Assembly: GCF_001194135.2 (NCBI RefSeq)
Contig: NC_068997.1
Coordinates: 21,580,917 to 21,619,072 of the forward strand
Length of the DNA stretch: 38,156 bases
Direction of reading: 5' to 3'
DNA from: Octopus bimaculoides
Lineage: Eukaryota
Shown: piece after piece, positions 9,428-21,530 of the stretch
Layout of the letters: every line of letters begins with the position of its first letter
Numbering within the stretch: the stretch's first letter is position 1
Translations under genes and position numbers: made by a program
Notes under the pieces: generated by a model
What the model saw: the letters and a program-made list of their open reading frames with translations, nothing else
The model's database searches: none
Told to the model about the DNA's origin: nothing

Positions 9428-11600
9428 TGCACCTCCCCAATAATGAAATTATGATATTCAATATGTCCTTCATTTATTTAAAGAATAACATTGCTGCTAT
9501 TGATTTCTACTATTGCTTACCACTATTGCTACTATTGTTTACTACTACTGCTGAGTAAAAGGTCCAGCGACAACATAGAGTTTCTATCGTTGAGTTGGGT
9601 ATTTCATTCATATAAATCTTTGAGATGCAGGAAGATAACAAAGAAGGAAGGAAGAGATGAATGGGATAAGGAAGGTAATAAAGTTAAAGTAGAGTAACTT
9701 ATTTCCTACTTGACATGTATATGTGGTATATGGCGGTGTGCATGTTCGCATCTGTTCTGGTTTTGTGTGTGTAATTGTGAGTTGCATTTAGTATTGTGGT
9801 GTGTGATGTGTGCGCATGCATATTGCGATGTAATGTGCGCATACATTTGTATCTATGTATGCAAATGTTGAAACATCTGTGCTCGATGTTGCAGTTAGCT
9901 CTTAATTGGCTTTGATCAAGAGGGTCTATATTTAAAACAATTCCTTCCGTGACCATTCTGTCGGTTTTCCAAAGAACATGAAAATTTAGGACCACGATTT
10001 TATGTAGATTGCGTATATAAGAATGTCCTCTTTTGGTCCTACAGCGTGCATAGATTGTTTGTGTATCTAGTTTGCAGAGAGTATATGCATGTTTTATGGT
10101 GGTGTGTCTATGTGTTTATATNNNNNNNNNNNNNNNNNNNNNNNNNNNNNNNNNNNNNNNNNNNNNNNNNNNNNNNNNNNNNNNNNNNNNNNNNNNNNNN
10201 NNNNNNNNNNNNNNNNNNNNNNNNNNNNNNNNNNNAGTTTGCAGAGAGTATATGCATGTTTTATGGTGGTGTGTCTATGTGTTTATATGTTATATACATG
10301 TTGTAGTTTCGCACAGAGGCATTTGAGCGTTTTCTAAGTGTTGTGCATGTGTATTCGTGCATACAAAGTGCACTGTGTACATATGATACGGGGGCTGTAT
10401 AAGTATGCATTGTGTGTGCGTATGTATGTATGTATGTATGTATGTATCTATGCTTGTATGTATGCACTTCTTTGTGCAAAAAAGCGTGTGTAAGTGCGAT
10501 CTGTGTCTTGCGTATATACACGTGTTTTAGTAGTATTGAGATGTGTGTGCATGTGTGCTGCTTATGTTTTAGGTGTGTATCTATGAATATATGTGTGTGC
10601 GTGTGTTTAAATGCATACGTATTTCAGATGTGCGGTGCATTGCTTTTGATTTATGTGGAGGTATGAGTGAAGTCGTGTAGGTGTGAGCATGTGTGTGTGT
10701 GAGTGTACATATGCGTGTACATTTACCGGTTGGTGTGGTCGTGTATGTGTGTGCGTACATGTATATGTGAGTGTGGTACTCAGTAAAATGCCTTTGATTT
10801 ATGTGTGTGTATGCACGAAAGAGTATGTGCGTGTATGCTTGTAAGTGTATGTGTGCGGGTACTTGCGTATGTACGCTTAGGGTTAATGTATGAGTGTGTA
10901 TGTGTGTAAATGTGGTATTCGGTGCGTGTCCTTTGATTTATATATGAGTATAAAAGTGTATACATATAAGTGTATGTGTCTCTGCATGTATTTGTGTAAG
11001 TGCGTACCTGTAAGTGTATGTTCCCTTTGATTTATGTTTGTGTATGTAAATGTGTGCGTATGTGCATGTATACGTGTAGATGTATACCTCCATGTGTGTG
11101 TGTATATTGGGGGTGCTCGCGCAGGCGCGTTTTCAGATTGGTAATCAAGGTCAAGCAATCAGCTGGAATAAATGTTAATTGATTAATAGCTGGTGCCACT
11201 TTTACCTGATTTACTGACAAATAAAGGGTTACCCTTGCCATCATTCACCAACCAACTATCAAACAACCACCATTTACCTTCTCTATCATCCACCATCCAT
11301 CATTCGGCCTCCACCTTCTCCCAAACCCTTAAACACTATCCATCATTCAGCCTCTACTATCCACCATACACCAACAACAGTCCGACGATATTCAGCAACC
11401 AACACACACGCCTCACTTGCTCCTCTCTCCATCATCCAAGCTCCAACTCACAGTCCCCAACAAATAACTTCCATCACATGTTTACCATTCGTCCATCCAC
11501 CGTCGCCATTGACAGCTATTCGTTGTCGCATCTCTTTTATATTTTATATATATTAAAAAAACATCTTCTCATCTCATTTCTCATTGCATGTATCGGTACT

Positions 11601-11634
<34 letters not shown>

Positions 11635-12311
11635 NNNNNNNNNNNNNNNNNNNNNNNNNNNNNNNNNNNNNNNNNNNNNNNNNNNNNNNNNNNNNNNNNN
11701 NNNNNNNNNNNNNNNNNNNNNNNNNNNNNNNNNNNNNNNNNNNNNNNNNNNNNNNNNNNNNNNNNNNNNNNNNNNNNNNNNNNNNNNNNNNNNNNNNNNN
11801 NNNNNNNNNNNNNNNNNNNNNNNNNNNNNNNNNNNNNNNNNNNNNNNNNNNNNNNNNNNNNNNNNNNNNNNNNNNNNNNNNNNNNNNNNNNNNNNNNNNN
11901 NNNNNNNNNNNNNNNNNNNNNNNNNNNNNNNNNNNNNNNNNNNNNNNNNNNNNNNNNNNNNNNNNNNNNNNNNNNNNNNNNNNNNNNNNNNNNNNNNNNN
12001 NNNNNNNNNNNNNNNNNNNNNNNNNNNNNNNNNNNNNNNNNNNNNNNNNNNNNNNNNNNNNNNNNNNNNNNNNNNNNNNNNNNNNNNNNNNNATATATAT
12101 ATATATATATATAAATTTATGTATGCATGTATATGCATGCATATATATGTATATATACACATACAGATATAGATAGATGTATTATGTGTGTGTGAGTGAA
12201 TATATGCATATATGTGTGTGTATGTGTGTACGTTACATGTAAATACGATGAGTATCAATAATTCTATGACAGAACAGAAATTGTAACGTCTATTTTTTTT
12301 CTGTCTTTCAG

Positions 12312-12398
12312 GCAACGAATATAACAAGGAGCTTTGGTGACGGACGTATACATGTAAAACATTTGCATAACCAGAAATTCAACACTAAGTCTGCATAA
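12312..12398 (+). other. Candidate 87-nt internal exon (coding status unknown)
   Basis: Acceptor ttttttttctgtctttcag, donor AA|GTAAGT; only phase 0 is open: ATNITRSFGDGRIHVKHLHNQKFNTKSA* with TAA as the last codon; no recognised homology. Confidence 0.3.
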
Positions 12399-12689
12399 GT
12401 AAGTCCAGAGTTTTTCCATATCAAGCTTCTCTTATTACACAATTCAAATTTAACTTGCATTACATATCCAGTTTCCATCCAAGTGATAACAATTCATTTG
12501 GATTTTTTAATTTCTTTTTCATATTTTGTCATCACAATTGCTACGTGATATTTGCCATATGTTTCTTCTCTTTCACAATTTTCATATCATTCATATTCAT
12601 CATATAACTGCTGTATTGATATCAAAAAAATATTCGATATTCATAATAAAATATCTCTCTGAAACGCATATCAATATTTGTCACTGATA

Positions 12690-13109
12690 ATATTGTGTAC
12701 ACTTTGCGCAAACACATACATATATCTATTTGTCTATTTATATAAACAATATATAGAATATATACATCATATATGTACATGCACACACACACACACACAT
12801 ACACACACACATACACACAAACACACGCACATATACACATCTTTAATACACATATATATATACGCAAAGTATAATACATATATACACATTATATAATAAA
12901 TAAATGTATATGTTTATACAATATATATCTATATGTGTGTTTCTATGTACATATATATAATATATGATATATGATATATATGTAATATATGAAATATAAA
13001 TACATATGCAAAATATATATGATATATGTATGATATATATATAATACATATACATAATATATATATAATATACATATATATAATATATAATCCATATATA
13101 TACCATATA

Positions 13110-13157
<48 letters not shown>

Positions 13158-13205
13158 TTACACATGCGTATATGCACTCAAATACATCCATATATTCATA
13201 TACAT
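12690..13205. repeat. Degenerate (TA)/(CA) low-complexity tract
   Basis: Read directly; source of many I/Y-rich ORFs. Confidence 0.9.
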
Positions 13206-13720
13206 ACTTATTTAGTACCTCTAATGATATGCATAGTGTAATATTCTTTTGTAGCGCTATATTCTAAATATTCATCTCTTGCTATATTATCCAAGCTAAC
13301 CGCTATATACCCGCTGGATAGCATGAGTAGCATGACATATAACTACTTTTATAACTTTTCTTTCTTTCCTTTATATGTCCAAAATATAAGGTATTTATTT
13401 CCAAGCTATAATATTCTGATATACGAAATATCGTTGCTGATGTCTTTGTTTCTGTTCATATTATATTTCTATTTAAATTAACGGACCTGAAGTACTGTTT
13501 TATTTACAGTTATTGTCTGTATCTGTTACACGCATGCGCAACACCTGTATCTAATATCAATACGGATTCCCAAGCAAATACATATTCATAATAACATGCG
13601 TGCGCTCAATTACGTAGCGCATGCGCACGAGCAAATACGCATGTGTGTGTTACTCTATGTATATGACATATAAAATGCATGGATATACTAGAGATAATAA
13701 ATATTGATATTTAAACATCT

Positions 13721-14532
<812 letters not shown>

Positions 14533-15241
14533 ATATATATATATATATGTGTGTGCATGTGTGTGTGTGTGTGCGTGTGTGTGTGTGTATGTATATGTAT
14601 ATATATATAAATGTAGATATCTTTACGGGTACATGTATGTATTTATACATGAATATGCATACGTATTCACACACAAAAATGTGTGTGTATGCGTAAGTGC
14701 GTGTGCGTGCATTGATACGTAGATGTGCGTGAGGATATATATAATTCTGCGTAGCAGTCAGAGAGCAATACCTACATAATGAAAGTTATAGTTAATACTC
14801 CATACTCCATTAAATAATGGGTAATAAAGTCTTGAAAATTTGTGAATGAGTAACCTCGTTAATTCATAAACAAACATAATTCTCACACTTTTATTTCTCT
14901 TTTACTTTTGTTCCTTTTTTTTTATTTTTTACTTTTCAGTCACATGATCCTTCTCTAAGGGGAGACAATAACTAAATTCTCTCTATGCATCACTACGTTC
15001 AACTGTTTAAAAGTTCACTAATTTCCTTATTCATATATGTAAATACTTGTTTCTTCTCTGTGTGTATGTGTGTGTGTGTGTTATAAGTATTTTTATGTAC
15101 TCTGAAATGTTTAACGAAAAGAAAGCTTCTTCAAGCAGCTTCGGTTCTAATGAAAGATAGACATGTTTCCATTTTCTTTATGAACTGAGTATTGCTTTTT
15201 GAATTTTCAAACACAAGCTCACAGCCAGATTAAAATTTAAG

Positions 15242-15550
15242 AAGCTCAATTTTCAACTGTGTGATTTCGGGTTCGGTCTCACTGCGTGGGTCCCGGATCG
15301 ACAAATACCACATGAGTGGATTTGACTGAGAGAAATTTTGTGGAAGACCGCTGTTGATATGTGTGTGTGTGTGTGTCTTTGTATCTGTGTTTGTCTCATC
15401 CCACCGCTTTGAGCCCGGTGCTGGTTTGTTTAAGTCCGCGTAGTTTAATGGTCCGGCGGAAATAAGTGCTGGAGTCGTCATATTCGACTAAACGTCGTGA
15501 CCTAGCATGGCCGCTATCCAATGACTGAGACAAGTAAGAGGTAAAAGATA
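15242..15550 (+). mobile_element. SINE family A, older internally deleted copy
   Basis: tttcgggttcggtctcactgcgtgg..tgagtggatttg..(GT)n..tgtgtttgtctc..ggtgctggtttgttt..agcatggccgctatccaatgactgagacaagtaagag. Confidence 0.8.
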
Positions 15551-15574
15551 ATCCACAAGCACACAAAGAGACAT

Positions 15575-15651
15575 GTGTGTGTGTGTGGGGGGGGATGATG
15601 AGTGTGTATGTAGTGGTCAATGAGTGTGTGTGTGTGTATGTGTATGTGGTG

Positions 15652-15692
<41 letters not shown>

Positions 15693-15695
15693 GTG

Positions 15696-15784
<89 letters not shown>

Positions 15785-15797
15785 TGTGTGTGTGTGC
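15575..15797. repeat. (GT)n array punctuated by three GTRGTGGTCAATG motifs
   Basis: Motif recurs at about 15610, 15646 and 15690 within the GT run. Confidence 0.92.
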
Positions 15798-16199
15798 GCG
15801 CGTGTGCATCTTGTTGGTGTGTTGTTCTTCCATTAGTCTTTTCGCAGTTTTGTTCGCTTGCTTCATTCCTACTCGAACATCACGTACGAAATATTGAATT
15901 TTATAGCCGTCTTAGAGTTGAGACAGGTCGTAAAATGAAAAGAGTCAAGTAATAAATTCAGTCTTTGAAGCTGTTCGTTATTTAAGATGTGATGCGGAGA
16001 GCAGCTGAATATATAAAGGAAAGTTCTGGACTATTTCTCCGTAGGTGAGCATTTTAGTAGTATTTATTGAAGTAGTTTCAAAATTAATTAGCCAGTGGCA
16101 TCGCGCTCTGAGAGGCTGGTAATTTACTATAAACATTGCGATTTAGTGTTCCTGTTGATGATGATGATGATGGTTATAATAATGATGCCGCTTCTGTTG

Positions 16200-16410
16200 T
16201 AATTGTTGTTTAGCCCCGAGTCTTCGGTGATCAAGCAGACTTAGGTTGAATTAGCGTCTAGTCTCGACTATTCGCATTGTTTTTGTTTTTCCTTATTATT
16301 TCTGATTACATTATTCAATGCGTTCATCCCTTTTTTCTTAGACTTTACAGCGTGTAACTTTGAGGTAGATTTGGTAGCTACTTCTAACTCGACCTGTGCT
16401 TACTTAAAGG
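16200..16410 (-). mobile_element. Dispersed repeat family C
   Basis: ttgttgtttagcccc..gatcaagcagac..tttgaggtagatttggtagctacttcta is the reverse complement of the blocks at 17430-17680. Confidence 0.55.
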
Positions 16411-16505
16411 ATCCATATCATTCTCCCTACATTTGTTATTGTCGTTATTGTTGTTTTGTTGTCGATAATGATGTCTTTAAATATTAATTTTCAGTTTAAA
16501 ACACA

Positions 16506-16685
16506 TGGAGAGCTGGCAGAAACGTTAGCACGCCGGGCAAAATGCATAGAAGCACTTTCTGCTTCTTTATACTCTAGGTTCAAATTCCGCCGAGGTCGCC
16601 TTTGCTCTTTATCCTATAAAGTAACAGACTAGTAAAGATCAATATACCTGAAAGTTCCTCCCGCTAAATATCTGGTCTTGCTAAG
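16506..16685 (+). mobile_element. SINE family B copy
   Basis: gagagctggcagaaacgttagcacgccgggcaaaatgc..ggttcaaattccgccgaggtcgcctttgc. Confidence 0.85.
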
Positions 16686-16837
16686 TATTATTTCTCTGCC
16701 GGTGGACTCAATATTTTTTTTTGTATATCGGGAGGGTCATTATGCAACTAATAAACACACTCGCTGGTTCTATTTCATTTTTTATTTTAGCGTAGCTTGG
16801 GGTCGACTGATCACTTTTGATTGAAATTAGACAAAGG

Positions 16838-16968
16838 TACAGGGTGTTCACAAAGTCTGGGTACACGCGAATTAACACATACTTTAAGAAATTATTATTT
16901 CTTATATTTAATTGTTTGTGTTATGATTTTATTTATTCCGTGTACCCACACTTTGTAGACACCCTGTA
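16838..16968. mobile_element. Tc1/mariner-type MITE, 131 bp including both TA ends
   Basis: TIRs TACAGGGTGTTCACAAAGTCTGGGTACAC and GTGTACCCACACTTTGTAGACACCCTGTA (26/29 identical), AT-rich interior. Confidence 0.92.
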
Positions 16969-17429
16969 TATCATACAGAAGTCTGTCGGACCGAATGTAA
17001 ATTAAAGGGCTCATCTTTGTCACATGCAATGACACGCTGAGTCTGTGGTACAAATGCTGGTAGAATAACTTTCAATTTCCTCTATATTATTGAATAATTC
17101 AGTAAGTTACAATCTTCTATCATTATCAACAATCTACCATAGATTGAACATGTGTTTGCTTGTAGAGACAAGTCCAACCAGGCTAGATTATCAATCTGGA
17201 CAGGGGTGAGAGAGAGAGTTAGTAGAGAATAGAGGATTAAGAAATTGAATCTCATTATCTGTGCTCTTGATTACAATAAGAGTATTTTCGTTCTTCTCCT
17301 GCCCACTCTCTTCTATAAAAGGTAAAACTCAATATCAGTTCAAAATTTGGATTGGGAGAGGAGACAATAACTGTAATATACTGGGGGGTGTTCACTACGT
17401 CAAATCTACAACCACATCACATCTAAAGA

Positions 17430-17680
17430 TCTGAACGCTCCTACATGCAAAACAAAGAGCCAGGGAACTTCTACATGGTTGCACCGAATGCTAGAAATTG
17501 CAGCCAAATCTCAATTACATCATCCATATGCCGTCTTGTAAAATGAACGAATGTATTTTATATTATAGTCTGAGAAAATTATAAACACTCTGGCCACGGT
17601 TGGAACGTTTCTAATTATTTGTAAGTTTTATCAATTCTGGTTTGAAGTTAAACAAGAACAACCACAACGCTTTGGCTTTT
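17430..17680 (+). mobile_element. Dispersed repeat family C
   Basis: ggaacttctacatggttgc..tgctagaaattgcagccaaatctc..ggccacggttggaacg..taaacaagaacaaccacaac tail. Confidence 0.6.
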
Positions 17681-18045
17681 TTTTTATCGGTAACTTTGCT
17701 TCTTTTATGTTTGATGGGTGGGTGGCTATATTATGTACCCGATATTAATGATTCGTAGTAAAGGTATACCCGTCAATCACAACAACACTATCTTGCCAGT
17801 TAATATCCCGTACCTGGGTGGTCAGTCTAGGAAATGTTAGTTTGTGACAGGTGAACGCTTGCATATATATTTTACTGCTTTAATTGTGAAGAAGGCGTCA
17901 TACGTCCGCAAGGATGTTGTAGTTTATCCAAGTACAAACAAAAGCGCAAGCGCATATTCATATATATAATGTATATACATAAGTCTTTTTGTGTATGTTT
18001 ATATATGTATAGTATATATACATAAGTGTATGTGTGTGTGCGTGT

Positions 18046-18090
<45 letters not shown>

Positions 18091-18330
18091 CAAACACACA
18101 CACGTACACACACACACACACACAGATGGGCAAATTGTCACCATTTTATATTTTTGATTTCGCGCATGTGCATTGCTGTTTTTTTTTGTTTTTTTTTTAC
18201 TACGCAGTGTAGTACGGTCAGTTGGGCACCGTCTGTGAGCAAAACAGCATCTTGACACAATTCGCGCCGGAAGCTCCGATACAAACTCTTCAGAGTGTTT
18301 GGGTGTCAATCTGAGGACAGTGCAATCTGA

Positions 18331-18423
18331 GGACATGTACCGGGAGTGATAAAAATCAAACATCCAGTCAACATCATGGTTTGGAATGATCACTAGTGTT
18401 GGTGACTTTATGCCTCCATTCAT
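18331..18423 (+). pseudogene. Frameshifted IS630-Tc1-mariner transposase fragment
   Basis: Reads VIKIKHPVNIMV/FGMITSVGDFMPPFI with one frameshift, matching the KHP..xMVW/FG.I motif of Tc1-like DDE/D catalytic domains; cut off by (TA)n. Confidence 0.7.
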
Positions 18424-18641
18424 ATATATATATATGAAACGCCTGTGTTAGAATGGGGTAGCTGATGAAGGAAAATGTTCTCTATGTGGCCTGTGTGTTT
18501 TCTGTACTCTGGTTATTATTATTTCCTTGTATACGTTTTGTTTGCAATGTCCTGTGCCCAGATGTGCACCTATATATACAGGTAGACGTAGGTATGCACA
18601 TACCTGTACGTATATATGCATATACTCATTTATTATTTGTT

Positions 18642-18675
<34 letters not shown>

Positions 18676-19083
18676 NNNNNNNNNNNNNNNNNNNNNNNNN
18701 NNNNNNNNNNNNNNNNNNNNNNNNNNNNNNNNNNNNNNNNNNNNNNNNNNNNNNNNNNNNNNNNNNNNNNNNNNNNNNNNNNNNNNNNNNNNNNNNNNNN
18801 NNNNNNNNNNNNNNNNNNNNNNNNNNNNNNNNNNNNNNNNNNNNNNNNNNNNNNNNNNNNNNNNNNNNNNNNNNNNNNNNNNNNNNNNNNNNNNNNNNNN
18901 NNNNNNNNNNNNNNNNNNNNNNNNNNNNNNNNNNNNNNNNNNNNNNNNNNNNNNNNNNNNNNNNNNNNNNNNNNNNNNNNNNNNNNNNNNNNNNNNNNNN
19001 NNNNNNNNNNNNNNNNNNNNNNNNNNNNNNNNNNNNNNNNNNNNNNNNNNNNNNNNNNNNNNNNNNNNNNNNNNNNNNNNNNN

Positions 19084-19408
19084 TATAGCCTCGGACCGAC
19101 CAATGCCTTGTGAGTGGATTTGGTAGACGGAAACTGAAAGAAGACCGTCGTATATGTGTATATATATATGTGTATGTGTGTGTGTGTTTGTATGTCTGTG
19201 TTTGTCCCCCCAACATCGCTTGACAACCGATGCTGGTGTGTTTATGTCCCCGTAACTTAGCGGTTCGGCAAAAGAGACCGATAGAATAAGTACTAGGCTT
19301 CCAAAGAATAAGTCCTGGGGTCGATTTCTTCGACTAAAGGCGGTGCTCCAGCATGGCCGCAGTCAAAAGACTGAAACAAGTAAAAGAGTAAAAGAGTAAA
19401 AGAGTAAA
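19084..19408 (+). mobile_element. SINE family A, young copy (5' end lost in gap)
   Basis: tatagcctcggaccgaccaatgccttgtgagtggatttggtagacggaaactgaaagaag..(TA/TG)..aacatcgcttgacaaccgatgctggtgtg..ggcggtgctccagcatggccgcagtc..(TAAAAGAG)3 tail. Confidence 0.95.
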
Positions 19409-19760
19409 CATACACATGCACATACACACATTCATAAGTATACATGTACATGAGTGTGTGTGTGCTAGTGTGTGTATACGTGCTATGTCAAGGAAAGAGT
19501 TACTGAATTCAAACAAATACGGAGTTCGTTTACGCTTCTCTTCCCGCAGCTTTTAATTTAGTAAGGTTTAAAAGTAAAAGAAATGAATGACCAAAGAAAT
19601 AAATGAACAAAATATCGTCATGGATTTGTTAAGGTAGAGGCGAGAGAAACATTGTGAGGCAACTACTACAGTCAGGTAAGGCGTAGTCGTCTGCCTTTTG
19701 TTGGCTAACTTATTCAGGGAAAGAAATATGGACTATACTGTTGATTACGAACGAAACAGC

Positions 19761-19802
19761 TATCGTATACACTGAACCACAGATATCGTATACACTGAAC
19801 CA
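19761..19802. repeat. Short tandem duplication (tatcgtatacactgaacca x2, period 23)
   Basis: Read directly. Confidence 0.92.
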
Positions 19803-20062
19803 GCAGCAATATATCGAGTCTTAAGGGAACAGCAAAGAATCTTCACAGTTTGAATAAAACTGGGATGTTAATGATCAATTTCGGATGTTCGAGTTTACCT
19901 GTGATCGGAAGGCATGCGTCGATTGTACTTATGTGACTGCTTCCAATCTCTATGTGTGTTGAGATTGCGAAGAGATAGCTTCGCTTATTTGTTTTTATGT
20001 ACTAATTTTTTATAATGTTTTTATGTATTGATTACGTCTTCACATCCCTGTTTTTATTGTAT

Positions 20063-20219
20063 TTTGAATTCAAATTCCGCTGAGATTGACTTCTCCTTTC
20101 ATCTCTTCAGGTGTGATAACAAATAGGTATCAGGTGAGTATTAAGGTTGAAGGATCGATATATACCGACTCCTCATCAATTGCTAGTCTCGTGCCCTAAT
20201 TTGAAGCCGTCATTATTAA
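20063..20219 (+). mobile_element. SINE family B, 5'-truncated
   Basis: tgaattcaaattccgctgagattgacttctcctttcatctcttc..ctcgtgccctaatttgaagccgtcattattaa. Confidence 0.75.
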
Positions 20220-20220
20220 G

Positions 20221-20427
20221 GCAGCGAGCTAGCAGAATCGATAACGCGTCGAACAAAATGCCTAGTGACATCTCTTCTCGATCTTTACTTTTCAAATCCC
20301 ACTGAGGTAAACTTTACTCCTTATGCATTCGGTGTCGATAAAATAAAGTACTTGTTAGGTATAAGATGCAATTGTCTAACCTGGGGTCGATTTGCTCGAC
20401 CAAAAGGCGGTGCTCCAGCATGGCCAC
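20221..20427 (+). mobile_element. Chimeric SINE: family B 5' part joined to family A 3' module
   Basis: ggcagcgagctagcagaatcg..ggtgtcgataaaataaagtac followed by ctggggtcgatttgctcgaccaaaaggcggtgctccagcatggccac. Confidence 0.7.
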
Positions 20428-20674
20428 AATCAAATTTGTTTGTCTGTCTCTCTCACTCTCTCACTCTGTTTGTTTCTCTTTCTCTGTCGATCTATCTGTC
20501 TGTCTCTCTGTCTGTCTGTCTATCTCTCCTGTATGCATACTCTTTCGCTTGTGTCAGTCAAATGACTGACACAGTATGCATACAGGAGAGATAGACAGAC
20601 AGACAGACAGACAGATAGATCGACAGAGAAAGAGAAACAAACAGAGTGAGAGAGACAGACAGACAAATAGATTG
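20427..20674. repeat. Long inverted repeat (arms 134 and 112 bp, 2-nt spacer)
   Basis: Left arm 20427-20560 is the reverse complement of 20563-20674 apart from small indels; centre tgtgtcagtca-aa-tgactgacaca. Confidence 0.95.
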
Positions 20675-21149
20675 ACAGACAGATACAAAGGCGTACTATC
20701 GCAGATGGATTATAGAATTATGTATGTCATACAGTTAATACATTAATACAAGGATCCATTTCTACTTAGGACAAGTCGACCCGTTTTTCTTTATTATTAT
20801 TTTCCAAATATCGAATATTTTACAGCTGCAAATGCTGACTTAATCTGGATACGTAATTTCGTATCAACACTGAGTGACTTGCATAGTTGACTAAAGATGA
20901 ATCCCTAGTGTCTCGTCCTTGAATTATCACTGTCCAGCTGCTCATGATGAAACATTGTATAAATAATAGTTTACAACCCTCTGCATCTTGCCACATGTTT
21001 CTCTAACAACTGGCGTCCTGGTAGCATCATTAAACAATGATAGTTTATAGTGTACGAATTGGGAGATAATGAAAGCTATATGTCATCTACTTGCTGGTAC
21101 GGTTCTTCATTGCTTTGTCATATTTTCCCTCTTTGTGTCACACAGGAAT

Positions 21150-21226
21150 CTATCTATCTCTCAGCTGTCTAGCTGTCTCTATATATCTGTCTTTCTATCT
21201 GTCTATTCATCAGCCTATCTATTCGG

Positions 21227-21302
<76 letters not shown>

Positions 21303-21406
21303 TTGTCTGTCTGTATGTCTATCTATATGTCTATCTACCAATTTATCTGTCTATCTATCTGTTTATCTGTCTATCTGCCTGTCTATTTCTTTGTCTAATG
21401 TATGTG

Positions 21407-21447
<41 letters not shown>

Positions 21448-21530
21448 GTCTGTCTCTGTCTGTTTGTCTGTCTGTCTGTCTGTGTATCTATCTGTCTCTG
21501 TTTATCCATCTCCCAATCTATCTATATTTG
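21150..21530. repeat. (TATC)n/(TGTC)n tetranucleotide array
   Basis: Read directly; source of the IYLS-repeat ORFs. Confidence 0.95.

Noticed and set aside
10069-10288. Exact 53-bp direct repeat (10069-10121 and 10236-10288)
   Set aside because: The copies sit on either side of an N gap, typical of an unmerged contig overlap rather than a real duplication.
11193-11530. H/S/P/T-rich N-terminal part of ORF 11193-12176
   Set aside because: Cryptic CCAT/CAC low-complexity sequence; no splice or homology support.
15987-16044. Exon-like DVMRRAAEYIKESSGLFLR with TAG|GTGAGC donor
   Set aside because: Weak acceptor, and the opposite strand is equally open; no recognisable homology, so not supportable.
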